A DNA stretch of 64,000 nucleotides from Nageia nagi (lineage: Eukaryota; Plantae; Pinophyta), in contig JBITNC010000001.1 in assembly GCA_050084985.1 (NCBI GenBank), forward strand, positions 76,322,001 to 76,386,000, read 5' to 3'. Position numbers and translations under genes: made by a program. The stretch's first letter is position 1. Each line of letters begins with the position of its first letter. The notes under the pieces are model-generated. The model was not told the origin of the DNA, made no database searches, and saw only the letters and a program-made list of their open reading frames with translations. Below are positions 1 through 14,009 of this stretch, one piece after another.

Positions 1-769
1 GGATGTTTACTTTTGTGAATACTATATGAAATCTGCTTATACACATTTTGATGTTAGAGTATATGTTAATGTGAGAAAATAATTGATGATTCAAAATAAC
101 CTTTTTCATGAATGCTTAGATGTTTTTGATGATAATAATAGCTTTCTTCAAAATCATTTATTGTTTGGAGACCTTCATTGGATGAAAGATTGCAAAGCAT
201 TTGTGGACACCATTTTGTTATTGAAGAGGAATTTCTAGGATGAGTTTTATGTTGAATATAATTATTTATTGGTTGTACATTGCATGTTTAATAACAATTT
301 CTTATTGGAAAAGGCTATTTTGCAAGTTGACTATGTGATTATTAAAAGCTTGCCTATATTTTATTTACTACTTTGTTGTAATGCTAAAAATCTAAAATGC
401 TTATCATTACCTTACTGTCAACTTAACAAACCCTAAAAATTCTTACATATATGTTTTTTTTTTTAAATAAAACACTTGAATGATCTAGGAATGAACTTAG
501 GTGATCTAAATGAGTATATCCACATTGTTAGCTACCAACATGGATATGGAAATATTGGTAGAGTCTAGAATAACCAATATTGATTAAAACCTTTCTGGTG
601 TTCACTCCATAATGCTCATCCCATTGAGGAGACACCTTGTAGGTGACCCAACCATTCCTATCCTAAGAAATATGTAATATACATTCCATTCATGATGTTA
701 TGGTTTCTTGCATGGGGCCCATATCACCTAAGAGAACACTCTTCCACAAGATTATACATCCTCACCTTA

Positions 770-3700
770 TATCATGAACCACCTCAAGACACTACTTGAC
801 CTCAAGTACTATCAATGATTTGGATGGATCATGTTTGGAATAATGCTATGGTGATGACAACTTTGATAAAAAAATATGTAATATTTGAGTTGATTTGATG
901 TTGGATTTGAGGTTTTCCATGATTCAAATAACAAGTTACCTTGAGATGGAGAAAATGATCCACAGACCCTAAAGACCAAAGGTAAATTAGTGATGGGAAT
1001 AGAAAGGTAAGAAGGAGGAAATGATTTTCATTGGATTGTTGACACACCTTATGACCATCGTAGTTGCATGCAAAATGATTATTATGATTGCTAATGTTTG
1101 GTGGAAATGTGTTTACGAATATGTGTGAAATAATAATCTTGCCATATAAGATGAGATGACCATTGCAGATAAAGGTGTATTTCACTTTTTGTGTTTTGAG
1201 TTTTGAATTTGAAAATAGATGGAAAAAGGAATATACCTTATTTAAATTTGAATTTTTACACAAGGTTAAAAAAATAAATTTATATGGGATAAAAGTTAAA
1301 AATGAGTGCCCATATTATTATCACATGAGGCTAATAGTGAAAATACTATTAAAATAGACTTTAGTATCAAAGGATATCTTGGACTCATTTACAAATTATT
1401 AAGCAATTATTGGGAGGAAGCACATGTCTTTCATCTTGTTATATGTGGTGTTGAATAATAATGGTCTTAATAGTACCTTAAATGTACTTAATAGTAACCT
1501 ACCTTGATTTAGGAGTAATACCTCCAAAAAGGACATGACCCCACTAATATTTATTTTAGTTATTTAGATTTCACTTTAGATTTAAATATTATTTTTTATT
1601 AAAGTGGGAATAATAAATATTTTAGCTAATTCCTAAAAATTAAGGCTATAAATACAAGGGCCTAACCTTAAGCAACAACCAAGTAATCAAGAATATCAAG
1701 CTTAGAAGCCCATGGAAAAGACAAGCCTTTCCCCTTGGGATAATTTGGAAGTTCTTAAATAATAAGGCAAAATCATAGTTCAAGGAATAAAACCCAACTT
1801 AAGTTTAGATTCTACCCTATTCTAGCCAAGGACCATGGAGAATCTTGAAAAGAATAATCTGACCCAAAGGAAATTTTGGGATGGATGCAATAACACAAGC
1901 AATAATGCAAGGAAAACGATAGATAACATTCACCAAATAAACCTACACTGCTAAATGACAAGTGCAAAAAATATTCATTATGTGAGGATCAATTTATGTT
2001 ACATTACATTTGTAGTAATAGCAAGTAAGGACCTTACCTCACAACTTCCTACTTTACGTATGCATGAGGAAATTCAAAAAGTAGACCCATATACATTAGA
2101 CAATGTATATTGGATAAATAGAACCCTATGACTTCCTATGCAAGCCTATATTTTAAGAATTTTTATGTACACTTCTTAAGAAAAGATGAATAGTGCCAAA
2201 TCCTAGGTTAGAACTTGGTGTACATTATGATCAATTATTATGCATGGTATCTTATACCATCATCCTATTTGGGATCATTATTACTAGAAGGTTATTAGGT
2301 TGTGGGTTGTTTCTTTTGTCAATATATATATTAATAAATTAAAATAAATAACCACTCTAGGGTATTATTTAATACCCATGGCTCTCCAAGTTATGGGCAT
2401 AGAGAAGTCAAACCACATGGTGGGCCTAGTTGATAGTTATGGGAAGGCTAGTGACTCATATCCTTTAACAAGTGTGTCAAGTGGAGATAGCAATAAAAAA
2501 AACTACATTTATTAGATGAGCGTAATTAGTAATCATACCACTTAAAATTAGTATATAGGGGTATAAAAATTGTTCCATAGGCAATGCTACTCACTCATAT
2601 GGAAGCTTTCCTAGGATGAGCTATCTTCTTTTATGAGTTAAAGAGTTACCATTAGGTATTGATGCTAACTTAGTGGAAGTACAATCTCTTGGGTGGTATG
2701 GAACCTGAGAAGAAAACCACTACATCATGATTAGAAATCTTGTAGCACATGGGACATGAAATAGGAATGGTGGGACCACCTTTTAGGCATATTCTCAATA
2801 GGGTAAATGTTGAGGAGTAAACACCAAAAAAATTTATTAAGGTTGGTTATCTTGATTGTTGACCAATCTTGCCATGTGAGTGCTAAACTAGCTAATAGAA
2901 TTATTAAACTCATGTAGGATCACCTAGTCCATTCCTAGATCATTCAAGTGTTACATTAAAAAATAGGTCTAAAATTTAGGATTTTGGTTGATGGGAATAG
3001 GTGGATGTGTTACATAGAGATCAAAGCATCAAGTTCAAAGCCTTGGGCCTATGGTCCATAAATCTTTTGTCGTACAAGTCTAGAAAGTTTAGAATGAGTG
3101 TGCATGAGCCTAATGATAATACCATTTGGTGGACATAGATTATGGAACTCGTAAGACTTGTAACCAAAGCTTAAGCCAACTTGTAATAAGGTATCACAAA
3201 TAGCTCTCTTGTAAATGCCAATGCTAGGGAAAATAGAAGACTAGTAAGGGGCTTAAATGCTAGATGTGGAATAATGATGAATGTTAATCGATGGGTTCGT
3301 ATAGATGATACTAAGAGTTATTCTAGTCATTTCAATTAGAACAATGGAGGAGAATAAGCTATTAGAAGGCTCCAAGAGTAGTTGATAGAGCAACAAGAAT
3401 TGATAAATAATTTATTGAGTTAAATAATTGAGCCTGCAAGATAAGAATCTAATCCAGTCATTCCAACATAAGCAAGATTGGGTGGAATGGACAACAAAAT
3501 TCAAAAAAAGATCAAACAATAACTTACAATTGATTTGAAGAAAGCCTAGATACCTAAGTTGAATGGAAAACATGAAGGTGAGCACACAAAAGTGTGGTTA
3601 GAGGAGGTTGAAACATACTTCTCAATGAAAAATTTATCACCGAAAACCAAGACCATGTGGGCTACCTATAATTTTCTAAATATTGCTCTTGAATGGTGGA

Positions 3701-6700
3701 CTACCTACAAAGTTGAGCATGGATTTTAGTATTTGAAGTGGACAAAATTTGTGGGAGCATTTTGAAAAAGATTTATTCCTCATATCTATTTTGATAAGAA
3801 ATATAAATAATATTATACACTTCAGCAAGGCTCCATAAGTATGCAAAGCTATCATCAACAATTCATTAGACTTCTTAAGTACATCCTAAATGATAAAAAT
3901 CACCCAAAGGTTCATAGATTCCTAGTGGATTTGGATTCCAAAATCAATACTGTGGTCAACATCTGAAACCCTAAGAAATTGGAATAAGCTTATGATATGG
4001 CCAATAGAGTAGAAACTAACTTGGGCATTACAAAAACCTTTGTAAGCTATTTTCCAAATAAAAAAGATAAGGAACCTTTCCAAAAGAATATAGGTGCTGA
4101 ACAATAGGCTCTATACAATGATAATAGAAAGGCCAATCAGAATCATAAAGATGGAAACTTTCCTAGATTTGATAAGAAATAACTTGCGAACAAATGTTTC
4201 AAGAAGAATAATTTCTAAAAGAAGAATCAACATTTCAAAATGTAGAATCAAAACTATGGGAATGAAAATCAAGGATTTAAGAACTAGAATTAAGGATTCC
4301 CTAAGCAATAAAATAATCAATATGTGCCTAAGGATAATAATGTAGAGCAAAAGAAACCTCTACATGATGGATGTTGGAACTATGGTGGAGCACATTATGT
4401 GAGTCAATGCCATCTAAACATAGACCCAACTAAGGATCATCAAATTTTTGTAATGATTGGATCAAGATAAACTTGAGGATAAGCTACACCTCTCTAGATC
4501 TCAAGTAAAAGTTTTAGCTAAACTTTTAAAGTTTTGATAGATTGTGGTGCAATGGAATGTTTCATTTCAAATTCGTTTGTTAAAGATATGTTAAAGGCAT
4601 GAAAATTTTTGACAAATAGATGGCACATAGTATTTGGGTATGGTCAAAAGTGTTATGTTAAACAATGCTTTAGGAATGTTGAGATTGAGTTAACTAAAGG
4701 GTTTATATTATAGTATTTTTATGTGGTTCCCTTATCCTCCTATGATATTATCCAAAGAATGGATTGGTTAATGGCACATAAAGCCTTGATCAATTTTTAG
4801 GAAAAATGGGTGGAATACATTGATTTATCCCAAAACTGATATAAGGTGTTAAGTGATCAAGGACCATTTGAACCATACATGATCATAGCTATGCAAATGA
4901 GAAGAAGTATTAGAAGGATGGAAATGATCTATGCAATTAAGGTCAAAGAAGTAGAACCAGAGGGTAAATATGTAGAAATGTTAAACAAGTATTCTATGTT
5001 GAAGAAATATAAGGATGTATTTCCCAAGGAACTACCAGGTTTTTCCCCAAAATGAGAATTTGAATTCTTGATATATCTAGTGCTAGGAGCTAAACCTATC
5101 TCTATAACCCCTTATAGAATGAACACCATTGATATGCAGGAGTTAAAAGTGCAATTACAATATCTTTTGGAGAAAGGGTTGATAAAGCTTAGTGTATCAC
5201 ACCAGGGAGCTTCTATATTATTTATCAAAACAAGGATGAAACATTGAGATTGTGTATTGACTACAAGATATTGAACAAAGTCACCATCAAGAATAGGTAT
5301 CCTCTACCTAGGATTGATGACTTATTTGACCAACTCAAAGATACTACTATATTTTCCAAGATAGATATGAGATTGGTATATGATTAGTTAAGGATAAAAG
5401 AAGTAGATACCCATAATACATCCTTCAAAACTAGATATGAACATTATGAGTTTTTGGTCTTACCATTTAGGCTAATGAATGCTCCTACAGCATTCAGAAA
5501 TATGATGAATAATGTTTACCAAGAATACTTAGACAAATTTATGTTAGTCTTTCTAGATGATATTCTTATATACTCAAGGGATGAAGAGGAGCATAACCAT
5601 CATTTGAGAGTAGCCTTAGAGGTTTTGATATGACATCAACTATATGGTAAATTTTCTAAGTGTGATTTCTATGTTTCTCACATTCAATACTTAGGTCACA
5701 TTATTTTTGCCAAAGGAATCTTAGTTGACCCTAAAAAGGTAGAAGTAATAATGAGTTGGCCTTCACCAAAAAATGTGACTAAGGTAATAAGTTTCATGGA
5801 ATTAGTTGGGTATTATAGAATATTTGTTAAGTATTTCTCAAAGATAGAAAATCCTATCACTAGTCTGCAAAGAAAAATAAAGTGTTTAAGTGGACTAAGA
5901 GGTGCAAAAAGGCTTTCACAACTTTGAAAGAAAAGCTTACCTTCGCACCAATTCTCACTATCCCTGACCCACACAGTGACTTTGTAGTGTGTACAAATGT
6001 GTCATTAGAGTTTTAAAGTGGAGTACTATTGTAAAATAGAAATCTCATAGCATATGAATCCAGAAAGTTGAAGCCACATGAGTTGAATTATGCTACACAA
6101 GATCTTGAGTTGGAAGTTGTAGTGCACGCACTCAAAATGTGGAGGCATTACTTGCTAGGAAAATCTTTCAAATTGGAAATATATCATCGAAGTTTGAAAT
6201 ACTTGTTCACTCAGCTCAACTTAAATGCTAGGTAATGGTGATGGATGGAATTCCTCATAAAATATGATTTTGGTATTGAGTATATCAAGCGTAAGGAAAG
6301 CAAGGTGGTAGATGCATTAAGTTGAAGAAGATATGTAAATGCCATGAAAAGAAGCCATTATGACCTATTTGATCAAGTGAAAATCTTTCAACAAGAAGAC
6401 CTATACTATAAATCCATCAAGGAAATGATAAAGAAAGGTAATCCTTCATCTCATGAATTTATTGAAAAAGATGGAATTTTGTATTTTAGAGACTGATTAC
6501 TCATCCTAAGAAAAGGAGATTTAAGAAATTTAATCTACAAGAAGCCCATCATCCTCCATATGTAGCACATCCAAGAGGAATGAAGATGAGAGAATACTTG
6601 AAATAAAAATTCTATTACAATGGAATGAAGAAGGATATAATTGATTTTGTGGCAAGATCCTTGGAATATCAGAAAGTGAAATTGAAACATCATATAGGTG

Positions 6701-9700
6701 GATATTTGTAACCCCATGATATTCTGACACATAAGTGGTAAGTAATTTTGATGGATTTTATAGTTGGTTTGCCAAAAATTAGATTCCATCATGACTTAAT
6801 ATTGGTTGTGGTTGATAAGTTAAGCAAGGTTGAAAACTTTATACCTGGTAACACTAGAGATGATGCCCCTGTAATAGACAATAAGTTTACACATGAAATA
6901 TTTAGATTAGATGGACTTCTTTAAGTGATATTCTCAAATAGGGATTCTAAGTTCATTTCTATATCTTGGAAATCATTAAATAAGGCATTGGGTACAAAAT
7001 TGAATATGAGTTCAACTTATCATCCTAAAATAGATAGGAAGATAGAACATGTTGATAGGTTCCTCAAGTACATGCTCAAAATCTATTGCATGGAATAAAA
7101 TGCCAAATGAGAAGATTATCTCTATTTGCTTGAGTTCACATATAATAATGGCTATCATTCATTATTAGGAATGGCTCCTTTTGAAGCACTATATGGAAGG
7201 AGGTGTAGAACTTCTTTAACTTGGGAAAATCAAGAGGATCAAATGATGATCCAATCATAAATATTAAAGCAAATGGAGAAGTAGCTAAAGTCCATTTGAT
7301 GAAAGTTGAAGAAGGCTACTGATTGACAAAAGATTTATGTCTATCTTAAGAGAAATCCTTGAGAATTTTCTATTGATGATAAGGTCTTTTTATGAGTTTG
7401 ACCCATGAAAAGTTCCATAAAGTCAAATGAATTAGATCCCCAATTTGTTGGTCCTCTTGAAATTAATGAAAAGAAGAGTCCAATAGCCTACAAACTTACC
7501 TTCCACCAATTTTGTCCAAAATACATGATGTATTTCATGTCTCTTTGTTACAAAAGTATGTTATTGGCCCTCCCATATTTTGGATTTCTCTAATTTATAG
7601 ATGTTATACCCTCATGTAATTGAAGTAATCCCTATCAATATCTTAGCTTTTAGGACTAGGAAGCTAATAAATAGGGAAATTAATGAATGTCTAGTCCAAT
7701 GGGACAAATATTTTGACTCATATTCTAGATGGGAAGATACAATCACTATGAAGAGATAATTTCTATATTTGTTTGTTTAAGTAAGTATGTGAAATATTTA
7801 TAAGTTTGTTTTTGTATGTAAGAACGCAGGGGACTATGTTCTTTTTAAGGGGGGTTGTATGTCATGACCCACCTCAAGACACTATTTGACCTCAAGTACT
7901 ATCGATGATTTGGATGGATCATGTTTGGAATAATGCTATGGTGATGATAAATTTGATAAAGAAATATGTAATATTTGACTTAATTTGATGTTGGCTTTGA
8001 GGTTTTTCATGATTCAAATAACAAGTTACCTCGAGATGGAGAAAATGATCGATAGACCCTAAAGACCAAAGATAAATTGGTGATGGGAACAGAATTGTAA
8101 GAAGGAGGAAATGATTAGTGTTGAATCATTGATACGTCCTATGACCATCATAGATCATGTAGTTGCATGTAGAATGATTGTTATGATTGATAATGTTTGG
8201 TGGAAATGTGTTTGCAAATATGTGTGGAATAATAATCTTGCCTTATAAGATGAGATGACCATCGTAGATAAAGGTGTATTTCACTTGTTGTGTTTTGAGT
8301 TTTGAATTTAAAAATAGAGGTAAAAAGGAATATACCTTATTTAAATTTGAATATTTACATAAGGTTAGAAAAATAAATTTATATGGGATAAAAGTTAAAA
8401 ATGAGTGCCCATGCTATTATCACATGAGGCTAATAGTGAAAATACTATTAAAATAGATTTAGTATTAAAGGATATTTTGGACTCATTTGCAAATTATTAA
8501 GCAATTATTGGTAGGAAGCACATGTCTTTCATCTTATTATATGAGGTGTTAAATAATAATGGTCTTCATAGTACCTTAATAGTACTTAATAGTAACCTAC
8601 CTTGATTTAGGAGTACTACCTCCAAAAAGGACATGACCCCACTAATATTAATTTTAGTCCTTTAGATTCCACTTTAGATTTAAATATTATTTTTTTATTA
8701 AAGTGGGAATAGTAAATATTTTGGCTAATTCCTACACCTTAAGGTTATAAATACAAGGGCCTAACCTTAAGCAACAACCAAGTAATCATGAATATCAAGC
8801 TTAGAAGCTCATGGAAAAGAAAAGCCTTTCCCATATTTTATTTTATCAGGTGCTCTTATTTGCCAAAATCTAGTAGAAGAGAAATGGATGTTTAATTGAT
8901 TCATGTATTTATCTTATGTATTGCCTTTTGGATAAAGTTTAATTCCTTATTACAGATGTAAATTATTTTTAAATTTCAACTTGAGAATCTATTATTTGGA
9001 ATAATATTTTAATATTACTTGTTCTATTTTTATTTTGAAAAGTGAGCCATCATGTGCTCCTCAAAATTTTAAATTCCTTTGTATTTTTCCCTCATAGAAT
9101 AGATGACTTTTTTTTTACTATGTCACATTTTATCACCTCCTTGAACTTGAGAAAGCCAGAGGATAGCAATGTGATATTGGTTCACTATGCCTTCCATAAT
9201 AATTTGTGTAACATAATGATTCTTAGGCTTCTCACCTTGGAAATAAGGTGTAGTCCTCTTTCCATGTCATGTAGACTCGAAAGTCTCACCTACAATAGCA
9301 TAGGATTTAAAATTGTAGAATTTCATTTACAGAGTTTTCCTCAAACCATGAATGAAAGAAAATAATGTTGAATCTGGTAAGAATTTTGTATGGCCATTTA
9401 TTATGTGTCTTCATTACATCTATTTAGGAACCTCATGTACTCATTGAGAAGATTTCAAACACTATTAATATGAATAACTTGATCTAGGAATACTCATCTC
9501 TATGTTCTTACAATAAAAAAAAAGAATCTCTTGATAGTGTACTTCCCTAATATTGGTGCCTATCAGAATTATTGAAAGGTAAAGCTAAAACAAAATAAGC
9601 ATAGTATATATACGAAACACCTATCAAGTTAAACTCTCTATCATTTGTAACCAAGGTACTTTCAAGCATGATTAGAATCCCTTTGGATTCTTACTTTGGT

Positions 9701-12236
9701 CTATTAGAGAGTTCATAGAGATTGGTTCCAAATTTGATCCTTGGGGTTAAATCACCCATAGTTAAGAATTATTTCCCTTTTTATAAAATGAACACAAGCA
9801 AATCATAGATCCTTGCCTTTGAGCTCATCCTACAAAAATAATTTGGGAACTCTATCCAAATGGTCCAAGTATTTTATTAATCCACCCTATACTCTTTCAA
9901 AGTCAAGACTAGTGTACATAGTGATAAACTATGTGCACCTTTCCATTGAGAGAATGCCATTTGATAGATTCATTCCATGATTAGTCATTGATTAGAGATT
10001 AAATTTTCATTAAGTAATAAGGTTATTGAGTAATTAAGTGTAGTTAATTTTTGTATATAGTGATTGCATTTTTATCATTATTTGTTTGAAATAGATTTAT
10101 GGAATGAATTCCAATTAATTAAGAATACCATAATTACTAATACAAAAAGATATAGTAATGGGCTATAAAAGTAAAGAGGGGGATTTAAATGTAATAACTT
10201 GACATTGATAATAATGAAAAACAAAAGTTATGAAATTTTGTATTTATACTTGAAGTATAAGATGATCTATGACCAAGGAAGAGAGCTAGTCTGAAAAGGA
10301 CCTAAAATACTCTCAAGGTATCTAGTGAATGAGTGCATTGCATGTATCATGGTCAATTAAAAAAAGGCATGTCTTGATCTTCCTCCCTTGTAGTACTCAA
10401 TCCATTCACCAAAGTTCCATGGAGTTGTTCATTTCTCATAGATCGATGGAGGTATTCCACGATGAGACAAAGATGACTTACTAATCCATTGATATGAGAT
10501 GATATGATTATATTTGTATTACAAGTTAAGATGTATTATGATCCTTTGTAATTGTTTGTAATTAAATGAAAGTAAATTTCATTAATATAGATGTATTATG
10601 GATGGATTTTACTAAGTGTATTTGATCTTCTTATAATTAATTAATTAATGAAGATTGTTTTGTATTAATACCTTATTCGTATATTGAAATGGTAAATGAA
10701 AAGTAAATGATTTTATGTGAATTGGTTTTTATTAAATAAATGCTAGCATTATGATTTAATGATTTTCCTTTATGAAAGATATTATGATTGTTAAATGCTA
10801 TGATGAATAGGAATTAAGAATTGTTGTTACATGAAAATGATTAGTGGGTATTACAAATTGATGAAGTAAATGATTTTACCAAAACTACTAAAGAAGTAGA
10901 TTGATTAGGTCATTAATCCTAATAAATTCAAAACTATCCCAAATACTTAGAAATAATCCTAAATTAGAGTTAGGGTTCCAAATGATAATTTGGGATCACT
11001 CAAGAAATTTTAGGGATCATTGGGTACAAATGGGATCCATTGGGAATAAATAGGACCATTTGGGAGTCCTTGGGATAACTAGGGAGTTCTTAAATAATAA
11101 GGTAATAATCATAGTTTAAGGAATAAAACCCAACTTAAGTTTAGATTCTATCGTATTTCGACCAAGGACCATGGAAAATCTTGAAAAGAATAATTCGACC
11201 CAAAGGAACTTTTGGGATGGATGTAATAACGAAAGCAATAATGCAAGGAAAATGATGAAGAACCTTAAAAAAATAAACCTATACTACTAAATGAAAAGTA
11301 AAAGGAATATTCCATATGTGAGGACCACATTGTGCTGCATTACCTTTGTAGCAATATTAGGAAAGGACCTTATCTCAAGACTTGCTACTTTATGTATGCA
11401 TGAGGACTTTTAAAAAGTAGACTCCTATACATAATACAATACATATGGAATAAATAGAACCCTGTGACTTCCTATGCAAGCCTATAGCCAAGAATTTCGA
11501 TGTACGCCTCTTGAAAAAAGATGAATAGTGCTAAATCCTAGGTTGGAACTTGGTGTACATTATGATCAATTATTATGCATGGTGTCTTATACCATCATCC
11601 TATTTGGGATCATTATTACAAAAAGGTTATTAAGTCATGGGTGGTTTCTTTTATCAACACATTTATTAATAAATTATATTAAACAACCAATCAAGGGTAT
11701 TATTTAATACCCATGGCTCCCCAAGTTATGGTCATGGGGATGTCAAACCACATGGTTGGCCTAGTTGATATTTATGGGCAAATTAGTGACTCATATCCTT
11801 CAAAAGGTGTGTCATGTGGGGATAGAAATAAAAGAAACATATTTACCAAATGAGGATAACTAGTAGTCATACCACTCACAGTTAGTAGATAGGGGTATGA
11901 TGATCTCTCAGGTGGTATGAGACCAAAGAAGAAAATTAATATACCATGATGAGAAATCCTGTTGCAAACTAGAAGTGAAATAGGAATGGTGGGATCAACT
12001 TTGAGGCATCTTCTCAATAGGGTGAGTGTTGAGGAGTAAAAAATAGAAAATTTTATCAAGGTTGGTTATCCTGATTCTTGACTAATCTTGCCATGTGAGT
12101 GCTAAACTAGCTAGAACCATTATTAAACTCATGTGGGATCACTGGGTCCATTCCTAGATTATTTGAATGTTATATTAAAAAATATTTGGTTTAAAATTTA
12201 GGGTTTCAATTGATGGGAATAGCTGGATATGTTACA
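770..12236 (+). mobile_element. Element B: Ty3/Gypsy chromovirus (decayed, formerly autonomous) nested in A's LTR
   Basis: LTRs at 770-3014 and 7860-12236 (TGTCATGACC...GTTACA). Degenerate PBS tagagatcaaagc at 3015-3027 and PPT at 7843-7859. Degenerate TSD cctta/cttga; the uninterrupted site in the other A LTR reads cccaa. TATAAATA at 1647 and 8746. Confidence 0.93.
3480..7770 (+). pseudogene. gag-pol of B (gag, zinc knuckle, protease, RT, RNase H, integrase, chromodomain), with many stops and frameshifts
   Basis: GCWNYGGAHYVSQCH ~4369, VLIDCGA ~4531, [13 protein letters not shown] ~5297, FLDDILIYS 5550, HALKMWRHYLLG ~6125, MDFIVGLPK ~6751, PQFVGPLEI ~7438 and ECLVQWDKY..SRWED ~7685-7738. 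Confidence 0.93.
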
Positions 12237-14009
12237 CTTGATGTATGACCCTTTGATTCATATGCATAGATAGATTGTTCCAGGAAATCCTCCATATGAA
12301 TGGATAGCATCATCACCTATGAAATGGTCATCATACTCCTATATGCTAAATTGTACGCCATATGACTACTTATTTACCCTCACCTGATAACCATAGTTTT
12401 ATCAACTGCTACCCTCATCTAGCACCCTATCAAGGATATGAGACACTAGCCTACCTATATCTATCAGCTAGGCCCACCATGGAGTCTAGCATCCCCATAC
12501 CCATATCTTGGGGAGCCATGGGTATTAGATTAACAATACCATAACTAGTTGTTTAAGTGTAATAAATTTTGTTAGTAATCATGTTTATCAAATGCAAAAT
12601 CAATAACTCATCAATCATATGTAGGAAGTTATACCAAAAAGCTCAATTATGAAATCAAAAAGGTAAATTCAACCATAATTGCGCAACATAAAGCAAGATC
12701 ATTACTTCACAAGCAAGTAACAAGGTATTTTGGCATAGAATGTATCTCCAAAACTTCATTGTTTATGGAATACATCTTATAACTAATCTAATACTTTACC
12801 TTTAAAGTAAGGTATTTCATTGGTTCACCCATCAAGGGATTACATTATATTTAGTATGATCCTAACCATGGATTGTGATCATTTTCAAGAGTACATAATA
12901 TTTTCCATGAGTCATTGATTCTCCATACATAGTATATCAAACTAGGGTTTTCCTTTATGGTACAATTTGTAATAATCTTCTTTTTCAAGAACATATTCAA
13001 CTTTAAAGGTGTTATGTGGCTCCATCCTTATCTTTAACAAGCCTCAATCCATCTACTATCATCCTTGAGCATGCCTCCATCCATAGAAACCAAGGTGATA
13101 TGATTTTGAGTACTAGTATTAGATTAGAGTTTGGGAGGATTGGGATAACTCTTGGATTTATGAAAATGCATCCTACCCTAGATGCAAACACATCATATAC
13201 TTTAAATACACAATACTCTCTCTTGATCTCAATAGAATTTATGTATTTCCAAAGGCTACCTATCTTCCTCGACCATGGAGTCTATTAATACATCATCCAT
13301 TCAAAATTTCATCTCAAACAAATACTCCATTTCAAATCTCTATAGATTCTAGGTCTCATTGAGAGATTACCCATCTTCCTCGATCATGGAGTCGATTGAA
13401 AATATTATACATTATCATTCATTCTCATAAAGCAAGATCATATCCTTTTAATATCATTTTAATAACAACCAGTGTCCTCATGATCTTGAAAGGATTTTTA
13501 AACTACCTCTTTTAAAAGTAAAATCACAGAAAATTATTATTTACTTCCACAAACCACATATCGTATCATGATCAAAAGATCAATCATGACATGAATGTAC
13601 TTCTATTAGCATTAATTAAAGCTTTAAAAAAAGTCTCATCCATATCATTATAATAATATACTTTTCTCTTCTAAATCAATGAGAAGTTAGCACTTCTAGT
13701 TTGATATCCAACTTGCTAATTTCTTCAACCCCAAGTACTATACTTAGTAACTTAGTCATATCACTTATTAGTCAAATTCTTGTGCTAGCATTACACCCTT
13801 GAGGTCTAATGTTTTCACATCCTCGTTTGATATCATAATGGTATAGCGAGGAAAGATAAAGAGGACTTGTTTATCATCTTTTTGTGAGTGATTTTGATTT
13901 ATACTATTGTATGCAAGTAAGAGAATTATAATTACCAATATACCATTGATCAAGAAATTTATTTATTTTTCTTTATTAACACGTATATTTCCATGACATG
14001 TAAGGTCGG

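Noticed and set aside
829-1357. ORFs within B's LTR (also 8274-8456, 9042-9365)
   Set aside because: They are AT-rich LTR sequence with no homology cues, duplicated only because LTRs are duplicated.
9600-10855. Nested solo LTR ending gggtattaca
   Set aside because: I could not find a matching TG start with a TSD, so it is not listed as a feature.
13016-13288. 90-aa ORF conserved in both A LTRs (also 20803-21075)
   Set aside because: It has no recognisable domain, and the conservation is explained by near-identity of the surrounding DNA tract.
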